From Euprymna scolopes (lineage: Eukaryota), in the NCBI GenBank assembly GCA_053919585.1, contig CM132787.1: a stretch of DNA of 64,000 bases. One strand, given 5' to 3'. Positions 1-12,689 of the stretch are shown here, in pieces. A model generated the notes under the pieces. That model had not been told where the DNA came from. It made no database searches and saw nothing but the letters and a program-made list of their open reading frames with translations. The translations under genes were made by a program, and so were the position numbers. The stretch's first letter is position 1. Every line of letters starts with the position of its first letter.

Positions 1-1119
1 GTTCATCCGATTCCAGTTTTGCTTTGGTTTCTTTTATAAAATCGTCACTCTCGGCTTCTTTTCTTATGTCGTCTAGGGTAACCGGAAGTTCTTTCACTGT
101 GTTACATAGAATCAAACTGTAGTCCTTATCTGATTGAAGTGATGCGATAACAGAATCCTCAAGCGGTTCTCCAGTTTTTGGTATTAACTGGGATAGGCTG
201 TCAGCATGTCCTAACTTCTTTGATGGTAGAAACTCCATTTCGAAGTCGTAATTGAGTAGGATTGTTCCCCATCTTTGCAGTCTGTTTGCCGTATGTGTAG
301 GCAATCCTTTTCTTGAACCAAAGATAGCGATGAGCGGCTTATGGTCCGTTTGAAGCTTAAAATGTCTTCCATGTAAAAATCTATTGAATTTAGTCACAGC
401 GAAAATAATACTTAGAGATTCTTTCTCTATTTGGGAATAATTCTTTTCCGCCGGTAGTAGGGTTCTAGACGCATGTGCTATCGGTTTCATTGAACCATCA
501 GGCATTTTATGTAGGATGCATGCGCCGATTCCATATGCGCTAGCGTCACTAGCAACGATTATGTCCAGTTTCGGATTATAATGGGTCAGGAACAGTTCTG
601 ATGTGAGCACGTTTTTTAGCTTTTCGAATGCAGTCTGGCATTCTGTGGTCCAATCCCAAACTTTGTCCTTCCTAAGTAGCTCGTTTAGGGGTGCACGTAA
701 AGTATGCAGGTTTGGGAATAAAAGCTTGATAATAGTTGGCTAAGCCTAAGAAACTTTGCAAAGTTGTTAAGTCATGTGGCTCAGGCATATTTCTTATCGC
801 TGTGGACCTTTCAGGATCAGGCCGTCTACCGTTCTTGTCTATTATCTGACCAACGTATTTAATTTGGTTGAGGAAAAATTCGCATTTTGTGTCTTTCAGT
901 GTGAAGCCATACTCACTTATTTTTTCAAATACCCGAAAAACATGTCTTTTATGTTCTTCTATAGATTCACTTTTTACTAGAATCTCATCTAGGTATCCTA
1001 GTGTTGATTATTTGCTGAAAGATAGCCGGGGTGACCTTGATCCCGAAAGCTAACCTATTAAACTTGAACAGTCCCCTGTGGGTGGTAATACACAAGAGTC
1101 TGGAGCTTTCTTCTTCCAC
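1..1119 (-). pseudogene. Gypsy pol continuation (RT C-terminal half and RNase H), disrupted
   Basis: Manual translation gives VEEESSRLLCITTHRGLFKFNRLAFGIKVTPAIFQQ, then a frameshifting deletion near 995, then YLDEILV (YxDD changed to YLDE), LQSFLGLANYY, VASDASAYGIG, NYSQIEKESL, QTDHKPL, RLQRW and HADSLS. Confidence 0.9.
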
Positions 1120-3029
1120 GGAATTTGTAGGTATGCTTCGCTTAAATCTAGTTTTGAGAAAATTTTTCCTCCATTGAGCTTCGTAAATACTTCCTCGGGG
1201 CTAGGTAGCGGGTAGTGGTGATCCCTTAGTGCTGTATTCAACCCTGTCGATAAGTCTGTGCAGACTCTAATATCCATTGATTTTTTCTTTACGTATACAG
1301 TGGGGGCAGCCCACTCACTGTAGTTGACTTGGGTCAGTATTCCTGCCTTGACGAGTCTATCTAGCTCCTCGTCAATTTTTTGGATGGAGGCAAATGGTAT
1401 GCTGCGTTTCTTTTTAAAAACCGGGGTGATGTTATCTTTTAATTCGAACTTCGCCTTCATTTTTGTGCAGCAGCCTAATTTGCCTGAAAAAACATTAGGA
1501 AATGACTCCATCAAGTCTTCCTTAAGTTTTTTTGCTTCAGCTGTAGGGCTGTCTATTTTCTGACAAAAATCGCTCATGGGCGAGTCCCAGAGTTCAAATT
1601 GTTGAATCCAGTCTGTCCCGAAAAGATTATTTGATTTCTTTAACACAAACATTTTTAGTGTTAAAGTTTTGCCCTTCAATGTTACATTTGTAGTGACTTC
1701 GCCTTCAAACCTAATGCGTTCTCCCGTTACTGAGTGAGCCACTCTGTTGGTTTGTCTCATTTTTGGTTTGCCAATTTTACACCAAGTATTATAGTTTATT
1801 ATGGACAAATCTGAGCCACTGTCAAGTTGAAGCTTTACGTTTTTGTACCCGATTTTGACTGTTACGTACTTCCGTACATTTTCATCTTTCCCTAGAATTC
1901 TCGTCGTTTTGACGTAACTCTTGCGAGGTCCTTTTACTCTGCAATGCGAGGCTTTGTGGCCATTGCGTCTGCATAGATCGCATTTACGGGACCGGTAAGG
2001 ACAATCTTTCTGCCAGTGGAGTTCTCCACATCCTCGGCATGGGTAACATGGTAAATCAGGCTTATTTTGGTATGTTTCCTGAGTATTGCGTTTGGTTTTC
2101 ACTTTACTTTTTGGGAAGAACGGTTTTTTATTTTGCACTTTCTTGATGTATGATACATTTGTCTCTTCTATATTTCTGGAGTCCTGTTTCTCAGAAATAA
2201 TTCTTTGGCATTCCTCAGCCAATTTTTGAAGGGTAATGTCCGGTTCCTTTTCGAGTGTGTTCAATGCCCTGCATCTGATTTCAACGTCCTTGGTTGAGAC
2301 TAAACCTTGAATAAAAATCAAGACCTTGAAATTGTCGGCCGTTAACGAAGATAATTTAAAATTATCGCAATGCCTGTTCACGACTGACGCAAATGTTGTG
2401 TAGTCTTGGTCTTCTTTGCGAGTCAGGTTTATACATTTCCATCTCTTATGGAATAAACTAGTTTTCGGGCAGTATAACTCCATTAAGGATTTTACAGCCT
2501 CGTCAAATGACAATTCGTTCGTCTGTTTTGGCAGTATATAGTCCACGAACTTACTATGTTCCATGGCTCCCAATTTTTGTAGTAAGAGACGAACCTTCAT
2601 CTGCTTGCTCCAAGTTTTACAATCAATTCTGAACATGTCGCCGAATCTGCAGAAATAGGCTTCAAAAGTTAATTCTTCATCAGGCCGGTACTGAAAAGTT
2701 TCCAACGCTGACCAGATTGCAGTTTGGGAAAAAACGTCCTTGTCTGACTCTCTACTGTCTTTTTTAGATATAACCTTAGATAATATTTCCAACTTTCTCT
2801 TTGCTTGTTCTTGCATTTCAAGTATTTGGGCATTAAATTGTTTTCTTTCTTCTTCTCTTTCTTCTTCTCTTCGTTTTCTTTCTTCTCCTTTTTCGAACCT
2901 TTCTGCTTCTCTTTGTCGTTTTTCCTCCTCCATTTGCTTTCTTTCTTTTTCTCTTTGCTTTTGTATTTCGGAGAACTGAGTTTGCTGCAACCCTATCATA
3001 GCAGCTATTTGTTTTGAAAGTTCTTCCAT
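1050..3029 (-). pseudogene. Gypsy gag-pol, N-terminal part (Gag, 2x zinc knuckle, aspartic protease, start of RT); frameshifted near 1120
   Basis: 659-aa ORF with CRGCGELHWQKDC and CDLCRRNGHKASHC knuckles, protease LQLDSGSDLSII..NLFGTDW, and RT motifs SEWAAPTVYVKK, IRVCTD, YPLP, FSKLDLSEAYLQIP. Confidence 0.92.
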
Positions 3030-3353
3030 GTTGAAAAATAACTAGTCTCCGAATTTCTAAGTCGGAGAAATTTCACCAAGAAAAAAACAATTTTATGAAG
3101 ATGATATATGAAATAAATATTCACACATGAGGAGGGACAGAAGGAAAAGAAAAAAAAAAGTTCCGTGTTGTATCTTAGCAGAAAATGTAATAAGACACTT
3201 AAAAAGTTTTTGTTTAATTTCCATGAAAGGAAAAGAAAAGAAAAAAAAATAGTGAATAACTGTACTATTTGTTGAAGTCAGAGAATTTTGCCAACATCAA
3301 AAGTATTTAAGAAATATCAGATAGAGAAAAAAAAAATCTTTTAAAGTTACCGG

Positions 3354-3384
<31 letters not shown>

Positions 3385-3982
3385 TAAAGTCCATAAACTT
3401 TTTTTAGTTTCGACTTTCAGTATTTTTCTAATTTCCTTTTGTTGTTGTTGTTGCTGAAATATTTTCCTTTTATAGAGTTGTATTTTTACAATCCTCGAAT
3501 ATGCTTTTATGGTCAGTACATATCCACATTGGCACGTTGGTAGAACTTGTTTCAATAAATAATTGTGGGTTAGATGCAAGTGTCCTATGTAGAGTCGGTT
3601 TAATGACTTTTCTGTTTCTGTTTTTATTTTTCTCGTTCACCGTAACAGAGAAAAAAAAAATACTTGCTTGCCAGCTAACCACACGTGTGTTCAAAAATAC
3701 AAAAGCGTAAATTCAAGTTCACCAATAACTTTTTTTCCAGCATAGAATGTAATCTATTTCGTTTTAAAACAAGAAATTGAGTAGGACAGCAATATATATT
3801 TTTTTCTACTCACAGTTTTGGTTTGGCGATAACTTTCTTTTTTTTTCTTGTTGTTGAAAAAAAGAAGTAAACTTGTTGAACTTTTCAAAGCTGGTAGAAA
3901 AATTTAAAGTTGAGTCAGAAAAATAGGAAAATAGACGTTTTTGATTATTAGTCCAAAGGAAAGGGCCCTTGTGAGGTTTTTT

Positions 3983-3998
3983 CATTCCTACGTCGCCA
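3983..3998 (-). promoter_or_regulatory. Primer binding site of the Gypsy element (tRNA-Ser(GCU)-type)
   Basis: Minus strand reads ..CCACAACA TC TGGCGACGTAGGAATG. TGGCGACGAGGATG is the complement of the metazoan tRNA-Ser(GCU) 3' end, and the site lies 2 nt from a CA LTR terminus. Confidence 0.8.
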
Positions 3999-4403
3999 GA
4001 TGTTGTGGCCTTATTTTAGGGGTTCACAATATCAAACAGGAGAGTCTTTAAAGTCATGTCAACGATTAGGCTGGCATGGAATCTCTGATTAGAGAGTCCA
4101 AAATGGCTGCCTTTCACAGTGATGGGAGAGTCCATGTGAAGACAGGAATAGGGGTGTCAGTTACCCCAGAACAAATACTCACTAAACACTATTAATACTC
4201 TTTTAGCAAACAACAATTGATCGATACAGCTAATGAGTCATTTATTCATTCATTTTGCATGAATCAGATGATTCTGCTGTTGGATTGGTTTCCCCGATAT
4301 CTTATTAGTTAGAATTAGTTCTCGAAAGACAATGGGTAAATTGCAAGAGGAACCATGTGAAGGTTGCCAACATTCTAACTGAAATTGTTTCTGTGGAATG
4401 AAT

Positions 4404-4465
4404 GGATTTAACTTGGTACACCTGGGTTATTAGTCCGCATCGTTAACCACTGAGCAATTGTCACC
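4404..4465 (-). mobile_element. Degenerate tRNA-derived SINE head
   Basis: Minus strand has TTGCTCAGTGGTTAA (A-box-like) and AAGTTAAATCC (degenerate B box) at tRNA-like spacing; no intact cloverleaf. Confidence 0.45.
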
Positions 4466-4785
4466 TGCCATGGCAAAGTTAATTTTGTATAGTGTCTTGA
4501 CAAAAAAAAAAATGAAAAGAATGTGAAAGCGATATTCCAACTTTAACTTTTATACAGGTGTGGCCAGGTACTTTCGGGAGCAGTAGAACCATTTTTTCAG
4601 CAGTTTTAGCAACAGATTTGATGCATCTTTCATTTTAGGTGTGGAGTGAAAATAAGTGAATATTCACATTGTCTGTGTTGTCGGCCATTCCCAGTGACTC
4701 ATGAAAAGTAATCCATTGCTTGTTGCAGTGGTTCGTCATCCGAAAGGTAAATCTGTGAATCACACATGAACTTGGAGACGCAATA

Positions 4786-4834
4786 CACAATCGACTGCAC
4801 AATCGACTGCACAATCGGCTGCACAATCGGCTGC
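4786..4834. repeat. 12-bp tandem repeat (ACAATCGRCTGC) x4
   Basis: Directly visible. Confidence 0.85.
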
Positions 4835-5017
4835 GTTTTATCAGATTGCATTCGTGTGTTCATACGTTATGCAATCTGTTGCTTTGCAAGGTTTTATTCT
4901 TACTTTTGCATTTTCCTTTTTTAGATGTTTTCTCTTTCCTGCATCTCTACGAAAGGTGTTTTGTTAATCGTTCGGTCGAGCGATCAGTCACGCTTAAGTT
5001 TGAATTATTTAATTCAT

Positions 5018-5245
5018 TTTTTTTTTCTTGCTAAGGTAGGAGGTCATTGCTTATCAAGACCGAAAAGCCACTCGAGGATAAGGGTTTTAATGAGTGTCAG
5101 GTGACAGTTAAGACAACACCGTGATGATTAGTAAAGGAGGAACTTGGGTTTTGTTTGTTTATTTAAGAGGACGGCTCATTAAGAACTTATTTACATTAGA
5201 CTTGAATGTGGCCACGTTATAGTCAGCTAGGGAGCAGCGCCATGG
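5018..5245 (-). mobile_element. CR1/L2-group LINE 3' fragment
   Basis: T-tract (poly-A tail) followed by CTTATCAAG..GCCACTC..GGATAAGGGTT and ACATTAGACTTGAA..TAGTCAG, shared with the copies at 6352 and 15886. Confidence 0.75.
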
Positions 5246-6351
5246 TGTTGTGGCATTTTTGTTAGACTATTGTGTTTAAGTTTTGATTTGGTCTAGTTGT
5301 AAAATTATTTAGTGAATCTGTTTAGATATGGAAAGGTGGAATTGATTATAATTTTTTTTTATCAGAATTGTGTATGGCTTCATCTGTCATCTCAGACACT
5401 ACATGGCAACACCAGGCAATTATTATATTTTGGTAACCAACGCCAGTAAGTACAGATTATGTTGACTAGTATGAATTTCAACAAGGGTTACATTAAATAT
5501 AATCTGGTGGCAAACAGAACCAATGGAGCTAGTATAATTGAGACAGGGTTCAAATGTTATTTCCTTAAACAAAACACAGTAGAAAGTCAGGTATCGAATG
5601 ATAAGACAGAAATGATCACGTGTTCTGAGGACAGAACAGAGTTTCTAGGCAATCAGAGATGGGAAGCAACAGAAGCGACATGTGTCTGAAAATATATGGA
5701 GAATCTAAATGCATGTCACTCTGATGTTTGCCATCTTCATCTCTCAATCCCCAAGCAGATCAACTAAGAAGGAATTCATTTTAGTCTCTGTATTAGTCTC
5801 TCCCTCTCGTAAGCAGACTTTCTCTCTCCAATAAAACCTTTAAAAACACAACAAGCCTCCATTGTGTTTCTATACATGCATGGATTCGTCTTGAGTTAAA
5901 CAGAGGATCACAACCACAAGAGGACAACTAGTGGCCCATGCATGGAAAAGCGGTGAAAGAATGAATGAAAGACCAACGGTCACGCATGTATGCAAAAAGA
6001 CATTTAATTTATGGATTTTTTATTGGTCTCTGGCAACACCTCACAAGTCCATATTTGTGTGAAAAGACAGTTCGTGTCTATGCATGATTAGATTTATCTT
6101 GAGTTAACAAAAGATTACAACCACTAAGGAATGAAGGTTTCGTTGTTTTGTTTTACAACATATCAACCCCTTTGCAGGTTATTTAATGCTGAATCCAGTT
6201 ATTTTGGAAATATTATTCATGATGCATCCAGTTATTTTGTAGAAGGTTTTTATTCTTCAAGCTCTTTGTATCTTCAATCGCTAGTTTGTTTTGGTTGCTT
6301 TATAGTGGATTTTATTGTCTTTGTTCTCTGCCTTGTAGAACATGAATGAGA

Positions 6352-6950
6352 TTTTTTTTTTTTTGCATGGTGGACACCACTTATCAAGGCCCAGAAGCCA
6401 CTCAGGGATAAGGGTTATTGTGCGTACAGTAATCAATGGGATAGTATCATAGTAATCGTTTGTATTGGAGATTTGATCATGTGTCTTACTTAAGGGGGCA
6501 GTTCATCAGGGATTTGTTTATGTTGGACTTGAAGATATTCAAGTTGTAGTCAGGTAGGAAACAGGCAAACGGAAGAGAGTTCCACAGGCGTGCACTTCTA
6601 AGAAAGAAGCTTTGTTAATGGAATCTACATTTTGATTTAGGCACAGATAAAGAGTGGGGAAAATTATTGACAGTGGTTTAAGCTAGACGGGTGTTTATCA
6701 TGAAAGATTGGCGAGGGGAGGACCAGAACCAGAGATTGGAGCTCAGACGTGCACTAACCATGGAAATAACGATAAAACAAAGACAGACTTGCAACGTCTC
6801 TTCTGTGAGAGAGAAATTGCAGGGAAGAGAAAAGGGCATCCCCCACTAAGCCACGAAGTCTATTTTGTACTCTATCAAGGCAGGATAGGTTGTTTTTTGC
6901 AGCTCCTGCCCAAATGTGGCAGCAGTACTCCATCCTTGGACGTACTTGGC
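6352..6950 (-). mobile_element. CR1/L2-group LINE 3' fragment
   Basis: Poly-T start; the reverse complement is collinear with 15886-16459 (MEYCCHIWAGA region to 3' UTR). Confidence 0.9.
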
Positions 6951-7179
6951 GGTTTGCAGTGGGAGAGGGAAAAGGGTTAAAGTATTAATGTTTGGTATAT
7001 TTTAAGTTAGGAAACCAGTCAGGAAGTGGGGAGATAGAAAGAGAAAGGGGAAAATGGGAAGAAGGAAAAGGGGGTTTCCTAACTTAAAATGTACTAAACA
7101 GTAATAATCCCATTGCAAAACTCATTCATGTTCTGCAGGGCAGGGAACAAAAACGATAAAATCCACCATAAAACAACCA

Positions 7180-7735
7180 AATCCAACTCAACTACCAATT
7201 GCCATGACAAATAACAGCCTATCTGAGAGCTCATCATTCAAACTCCTCAGCCTAACATTCACAGTCAACATGAATTGGAACAAATACATTGAAGACATTG
7301 CCAAGGCTGCTGCAAATAAGGTGGGCTCCATCATGTTAGAAAATTACCCACATCAGAGATTATTCTATACATTTACAAAGCCGTAATTCACCCATGCTTG
7401 AAGCATTATTGCCACATCGGGTGAATCTACCACTGGTCTCTCACTCTTATACAGAGTTCCCAAAAAGAGTCTCAAAGTCTCAAATCTAGTAAGTCCCGCA
7501 CTATCAGGCAAAGTATAACCTCTGCCGCATCACCGCAATGTTGCATCCATGTATCTGCTTTACAAGTACTTTAATAGAATGTACACTGATGAACCAATAG
7601 CACTTGTGCCCCCCCCCTTTATATATTTATTTCTGACTAACCCAACAAGCAGCAACCTCCCATCCTTTTACTGTCGAGGTTTATATATATCGGAAAGCCT
7701 TCTACCCTAATAGTTTCTTCCTTCAAACTGCTTTT
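7180..7735 (+). mobile_element. Older CR1/L2-group LINE subfamily fragment
   Basis: Translates LSESSSFKLLSLTFTVNMNWNKYIEDIAKAAANKVGS; the downstream part is similar to 16985-18310. Confidence 0.75.
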
Positions 7736-8030
7736 TTATTATTTTTTTACAAAGGAGTCATCACTTATTAAGGCACTGAGGCCACTCGAGTATAATGGTT
7801 GATGAGTATACAGTAGTCAATGGGAAAATGTAGTAATCGTCAATTGTGGGAATTGGGTAAATTGGATTACTTAAGGGTATGGCTCATCAAGAACTTGTTC
7901 ACATTGGACTTGAAGATGACCATTTTGTAGTCAGCTGGAAAGCAGGAAAATGGAAGAGAACTCCACAGATGTGCATTTCTCAGAAAGAAGCTTTGTTCAT
8001 GGACTCTACGTTTAGGTTTAAACACAGACA
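7735..8030 (-). mobile_element. CR1/L2-group LINE 3' fragment
   Basis: Same 3' UTR (CACTTATTAAGGC..GGCCACTCG) and ORF end (TTGGACTTGAAGA..AGAAAGAAGCTTTGTTCATGG) as the other copies. Confidence 0.85.
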
Positions 8031-8524
8031 CATCAGTCTCTCTTTGCCACTGTGACGTCTCTCACATCATCGTCTATTCGAGCGTCCTTCACGCCTTCAC
8101 ACATGATCGCGAACGTTATTCACATCTCTTTCGAGATCTCGAATATTATCTTGTTTCCCTGTGATCATTCTCTTTCTTTTTTTATAGTCGTTTTTTTCCC
8201 CTACCTGTAACGTCACTTCACATGCATTTACATCCATGCATCCGTGCTATGTTACACATTAAAGGGTATCCAAAACAGATGAATGGTCAGAGAAGGGCCG
8301 CAATTATAGCGAGCAAATCGACAAAAGGACAAAAGGTGTAGAAAGTAAGTTTTGCAAGTACACTTCAATAAAATCAAAGAGATCACAGTTAAATAATTTT
8401 AGCCATAATTTTAGCCATAATTTTAGCCGTAATTTTAGCCATAATAGGTTAGAACAGGATTGCTCATGGTCACCTGAGGAAGAACTAAATGACAGGGAAA
8501 AGAAAGATTAGTGCACCCCCAAAA

Positions 8525-9808
8525 ATCATCTAATATATAATCTAAAAGATAATCGACTGACCATAGATCTAAAATTCATCTAATATATATAATCTAATAT
8601 ATAATATAATATATAATAATTCATCTAATATATAATCTAATATATAATAGACGGACCATAGATCTAAAATTCATCTAATATATATAATCTAATATATAAT
8701 ATAATATATAATAATTCACCTAATATATAATCTAATATATAATAGACTGACCATAGATCTAAAATTCATCTAATATATAATATAATATATAATAATTCAT
8801 CTAATATATAATCTATCTATTCTATTATATCTATAAAAGTGAACGTGTCTGTCTGTCTGTCTGTGTGTCTGTGTGTCTGTCTGTCTGTGTACATTTCCCT
8901 ACGCAATAACTCTGTCAATTTTTAGTCTATAGACTCGAAATTTGAAATACCGGGTACTGAGATTTGGGATAATCGATGTGACGGGTGTCAGCCAGAAATT
9001 TGGCTGTTAAGGGGCCAAATTTCAACGATTTGACCTTTAAGAACTCTACCAAGCTCCTCCGACAATTTTGGGTCTAGACACTTGAAATTTTAGATATAGG
9101 TTCCTTGAACCTGGATCTAACTTAATAAAGTGGTTTGAGTCCGAAACTATAAATTTTAAGGGGTCATAATAGGGGTCAAAGTTTTAAAAAATTAACCATT
9201 TTTTTGTTTTTTTGCTTTTTTTGCACAGCATACACCTCCAAACACCCGAGCAACGCCAGGCACCCCTGCTAGTATATCTATAAAAGTCAGTGTCTGCCTG
9301 TGTGTGTGTGTATGTCTGTGTGTGTACATTTCCCTACGAAATAACTCTGTCAATTTTGAGTCTACAGACTCAAAATTTGATATACAGGGTATTGAGATTT
9401 GGGAAAATCGATGTGATCGGTTTTCGGCCAGAAATTTGGCGATTAAGGGGTCAAAGTTCAACGATTTGACCTTTGAGAACTCTACCAAACTCCGCCGACA
9501 ATTTTGGGTCTAAACACTTGAAATTTTAGATATAGGTTCATTGGACATGGATCTAACTTAATAACTAAATTTGAGCCTAAAACAATAAATGTTAAGGGGT
9601 CATAATAGGGGTCAAAGTTAAAACAAATTGACCACTTTTTTGTTTTTTTTGCTCAACATACATCTCTAAATACCCGGGCAACGCCGGGCACCCATGCTAA
9701 TCTAATATATAATAGACTGACCATAGATCTAAAATTCATCTAATATATAATATAATATATAATAATTCATCTAATATATAATCTAATATATAATAGACTG
9801 ACCATAGA
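8525..9808. repeat. AT-rich minisatellite (ATCTAATATATA / ATAGACTGACCATAGATCTAAAATTC units) interrupted by a Helitron
   Basis: The units recur at 8525-8811 and resume in register at 9701-9808. Confidence 0.85.
8812..9700 (+). mobile_element. Non-autonomous Helitron, tandem dimer (~8812-9272 and ~9273-9700)
   Basis: 5' TC start, a (TGTC)n tract near the 5' end, subterminal hairpin CCCGGGCAACGCCGGG, 3' ends CTAG (9269-9272) and CTAA (9697-9700), inserted between A and T with no TSD. Confidence 0.85.
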
Positions 9809-11141
9809 TGGACTGGCAGTTGTGGCCAGTGCAATATATAGAATTTGAAATTGAACCTCATTGTTTTAGATTAGAAATTATTAGCAACAGACAGATTTTT
9901 TGTTTATAAAAAATATCATCAAAAATGAGAGAGATGGGTCGAATAGGCAGAGCAATCATTGACATGGTGTGATGTGGATTGCCACGTCACAGAATGACTT
10001 GTGGAATGCGACTTTGGAAGAGTTCTGTTTCGAGGAGTCAGAGAGAGCAGATCAGAAAAAAAATCCATCTCTGATTCCCCGAGAGAATGGATCTGCAGTC
10101 ATCTTGTGAAGGTGACGAGATAGAAATAAATGGTCGCTTAAACTATAGCAAAATAGAGACCCCAACCTCCTTCTAAGGATGAGAAACGATGACACGACTT
10201 CGCTCGTAGAAAGCTATGGTGATTGAATAAAACCCTTTTGTCCAGAAAGAAATAAGACCTGTGTATGTTGCTGTGCATTGAGAGCTTTTGTTCCAGATGT
10301 GATGAATGGTGGGACACAAACCACTCAAGGACATGGCCAAGGGGCAAGAGAGCAGGATATAAAAGGTACGTTTGGTTTCATTTTTATACCCCCCCCCAAA
10401 TGGTTGATATGTCGTAATTGGGAACATTGACGCAATAAAACAGATCTAATTTGGTGCCATGACCAGGATTTTAACCTTGAATGCCACAACTTGATCAAAA
10501 GCTTGGAACACAGAGGTAATAATGTCAACTTCTAGAAAAAAAGAAAGACCCTGGGGAAATATGTGTTACGTATAAGTGTCCCTACAGCAACAGCGATTAA
10601 GTTAGCTAGTGTGAAGGTTTTCAAATCAGTCTCTTTATGGAAGTTAAATGAGACAGCATCAGTAATGTTCAAATAATCTAAGCAAAATGTTGCTTTGATG
10701 TCTCTTTCTGTGCACATCATTCAGTTCAGTTAAGTTAGAATGTAAAGTTAACAAGTAAATACTTATTTAGACAACATTTGTCTCTCTCTTCTAATTCAAT
10801 TCTCTCCAAATAAAACCATTTATGATAACTCCCAGCAAACGTCTCCTTGTGTTCTCTTTCTTCAGCAACCATTATATGAAACGGTGCCAATAAAGAGAAT
10901 AAAAGGACTCTATATAAACCCCAGCACATATAAAGGACCGAACATATGTATAAAGATTTTGTTACTGAAAATGTTGCACATGAACCCCCCAGGGCATAAG
11001 TGTCAAAAAGGCGATGGAGGTGGTTTTAAACAAACCTATTAAAAGAAAAACAAATCTGGAATCAAAAAAAAAAAAAAAGAAAACAAAAAAAAGGAGTTCA
11101 GAGTTACAAGTTTCCCAAGTAAGGCTTTGACATGTTTTTCA

Positions 11142-11868
11142 TTTTTTTATAGGGAAGTTACAACCTATCAAGGCCTGAAGGCCACTCAAGAGTAAAGGTT
11201 AATGAGTGTATGCTGGTTACGGAAAGAACAACATAGAGGTCGTTAGTGGTGAAAATTGGATAGAATTAGATTACTTAAGAGAGTGGCTCAACAAGTACTT
11301 GTTTACAGTGGACTTGAAGATGACCATGTTGTAGTTACCTGAGAAGCAGACCAACAGAATAAAGTTCTAGAAAAGAAGCTTTGTTTATGGAATTTGCACA
11401 GATAGAGAGTGGCTGAAATTGTTGATAGTGGTTGTAGCTAGACAAGTGATTTTTGTGAAAGTTTGTTAAAAGAGAAACCATAAATTCAAACTCACTCAAG
11501 CACTTGCCATAAAAATAATGACAGAGCAGAGATAGGCTCGTAATGTCTTCTCTGCAGGAAAAAGGTTACAGAGAGGAGAAAAGGTTTTGAAGACAGTTTT
11601 GAAGGCAGTCAAGTCAGGATATTGTCCACTCAGCAGCTCTTTCCCAGATGAGGCAACAGTCCTCCATTTTAGGATTTATTTGGTTATTATACAAGTAGAG
11701 GATTGTGTCAAGAGTGAGATACATTCTGGAGCAATAGAATGATGCAAACATTTTTCCAGTGACCTTGGAAACAGGTTTGTTGTAATTTTTCCATTTCAGG
11801 CCGGAAGTGAAGGTCAATCCCAGAAGCCTGTCTAAACAGAGTGCTCCTTTAGGATGAGAGCCATTCAT
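11142..11868 (-). mobile_element. CR1/L2-group LINE 3' fragment (older)
   Basis: Translates LDRLLGLTFTSGLKW..LYLYNNQINPKMEDCCLIW and carries the shared 3' UTR and T-tract. Confidence 0.85.
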
Positions 11869-12404
11869 ATCGCAATACAGTGAGTAAACTTTCTTGGTAT
11901 GTATACGCTAGTGAGATTGTTGTATGTTCTGATGCCACACTTTATCTGTTCAGTCCTCGGTCAATGAAGGAGAGAAATCTTTGTAGACTTCGAAGCACAT
12001 AGAATGAATGGACACACCTACAAAACAAATTAATCTGACTTAATTAAGTTTGAAAAACATTTCTTTAGATTCAAACACCCAGTGTAACAACAACAGCCCC
12101 CCCCCCCCGATTTTGATTTGAAAGAATAATTTACATTAAATTTATATCTAATTTATAACATGCAAGATTGAACTAGCAATTCTATCTAATCCAGATGGCA
12201 ATTCCAGATATTTAAACAGTCCCTATTTTATTGTCACTCTACAAAGGTAGCGGCCAGCAGCACCCACTCTAGGCCACCTTCGGAAGGAAGTATCAAGATA
12301 ATATTAAATTCACAAGGGTCTCCAAAGTATGCATATCCTGGTCAGGGGAGATGACGACGTTAGTTTTTATGCAGTTCTTGCACAGAAGTATCGATTCCTC
12401 GTAT

Positions 12405-12506
12405 ATACAGTGCCTGGTATTCCCAAATGGTCACCCATCTTATAATGACTAGGTTCCACACTGTTTAACTTCGGTGATCTAACAAGAGTTGGTTTTTATT
12501 GTGGCG
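12405..12506 (-). pseudogene. 5S rRNA pseudogene or 5S-derived SINE head
   Basis: Plus strand TACAG..CCTGGTATTCCCA..GGTCACCCATC....CTGTTTAACTTCGGTGATC matches the reverse complement of metazoan 5S rRNA, with many substitutions and a missing 5' end. Confidence 0.8.
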
Positions 12507-12689
12507 AAAATCCATCTCCCCTAAACAAGGCAATTTGTGTTGGGACAAAATAAAAATTGTATTACTCAGTTAAAGTCATTTTTTTCAAGTAACTTTTAAT
12601 GTTTTCAAAGTTAGGTTTTGGGATTCAGCTGTTCAGAATAAAATAATAATTATATAGTTACCTTGAATTAATTCTTTATATTTTTGTTT

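Larger units (their letters stand above)
1..4031 (-). mobile_element. Decayed Ty3/Gypsy LTR retrotransposon (Mag-like / K02A2.6-like); 5' part, continues off the left edge
   Basis: Minus-strand order: LTR end (..CCACAACA at 4001), PBS, ~950 bp leader, gag with two CCHC knuckles, protease, RT, RNase H. Integrase would lie beyond base 1, which is Gypsy domain order. Confidence 0.92.

Noticed and set aside
774-3017. Small plus-strand ORFs over the Gypsy element and other ORFs under 130 aa in 3-26 kb
   Set aside because: These are antisense shadows, low-complexity sequence, gap-spanning calls or transposon fragments.
4404-4465. Functional tRNA gene
   Set aside because: The B box and stems are degenerate; treated as a SINE relic.
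10866-11020. Possible exon (QPLYETVPIKRIKGLYINPSTYKGP..) after TTCTCTTTCTTCAG
   Set aside because: Short open frame, weak donor and no recognisable domain.
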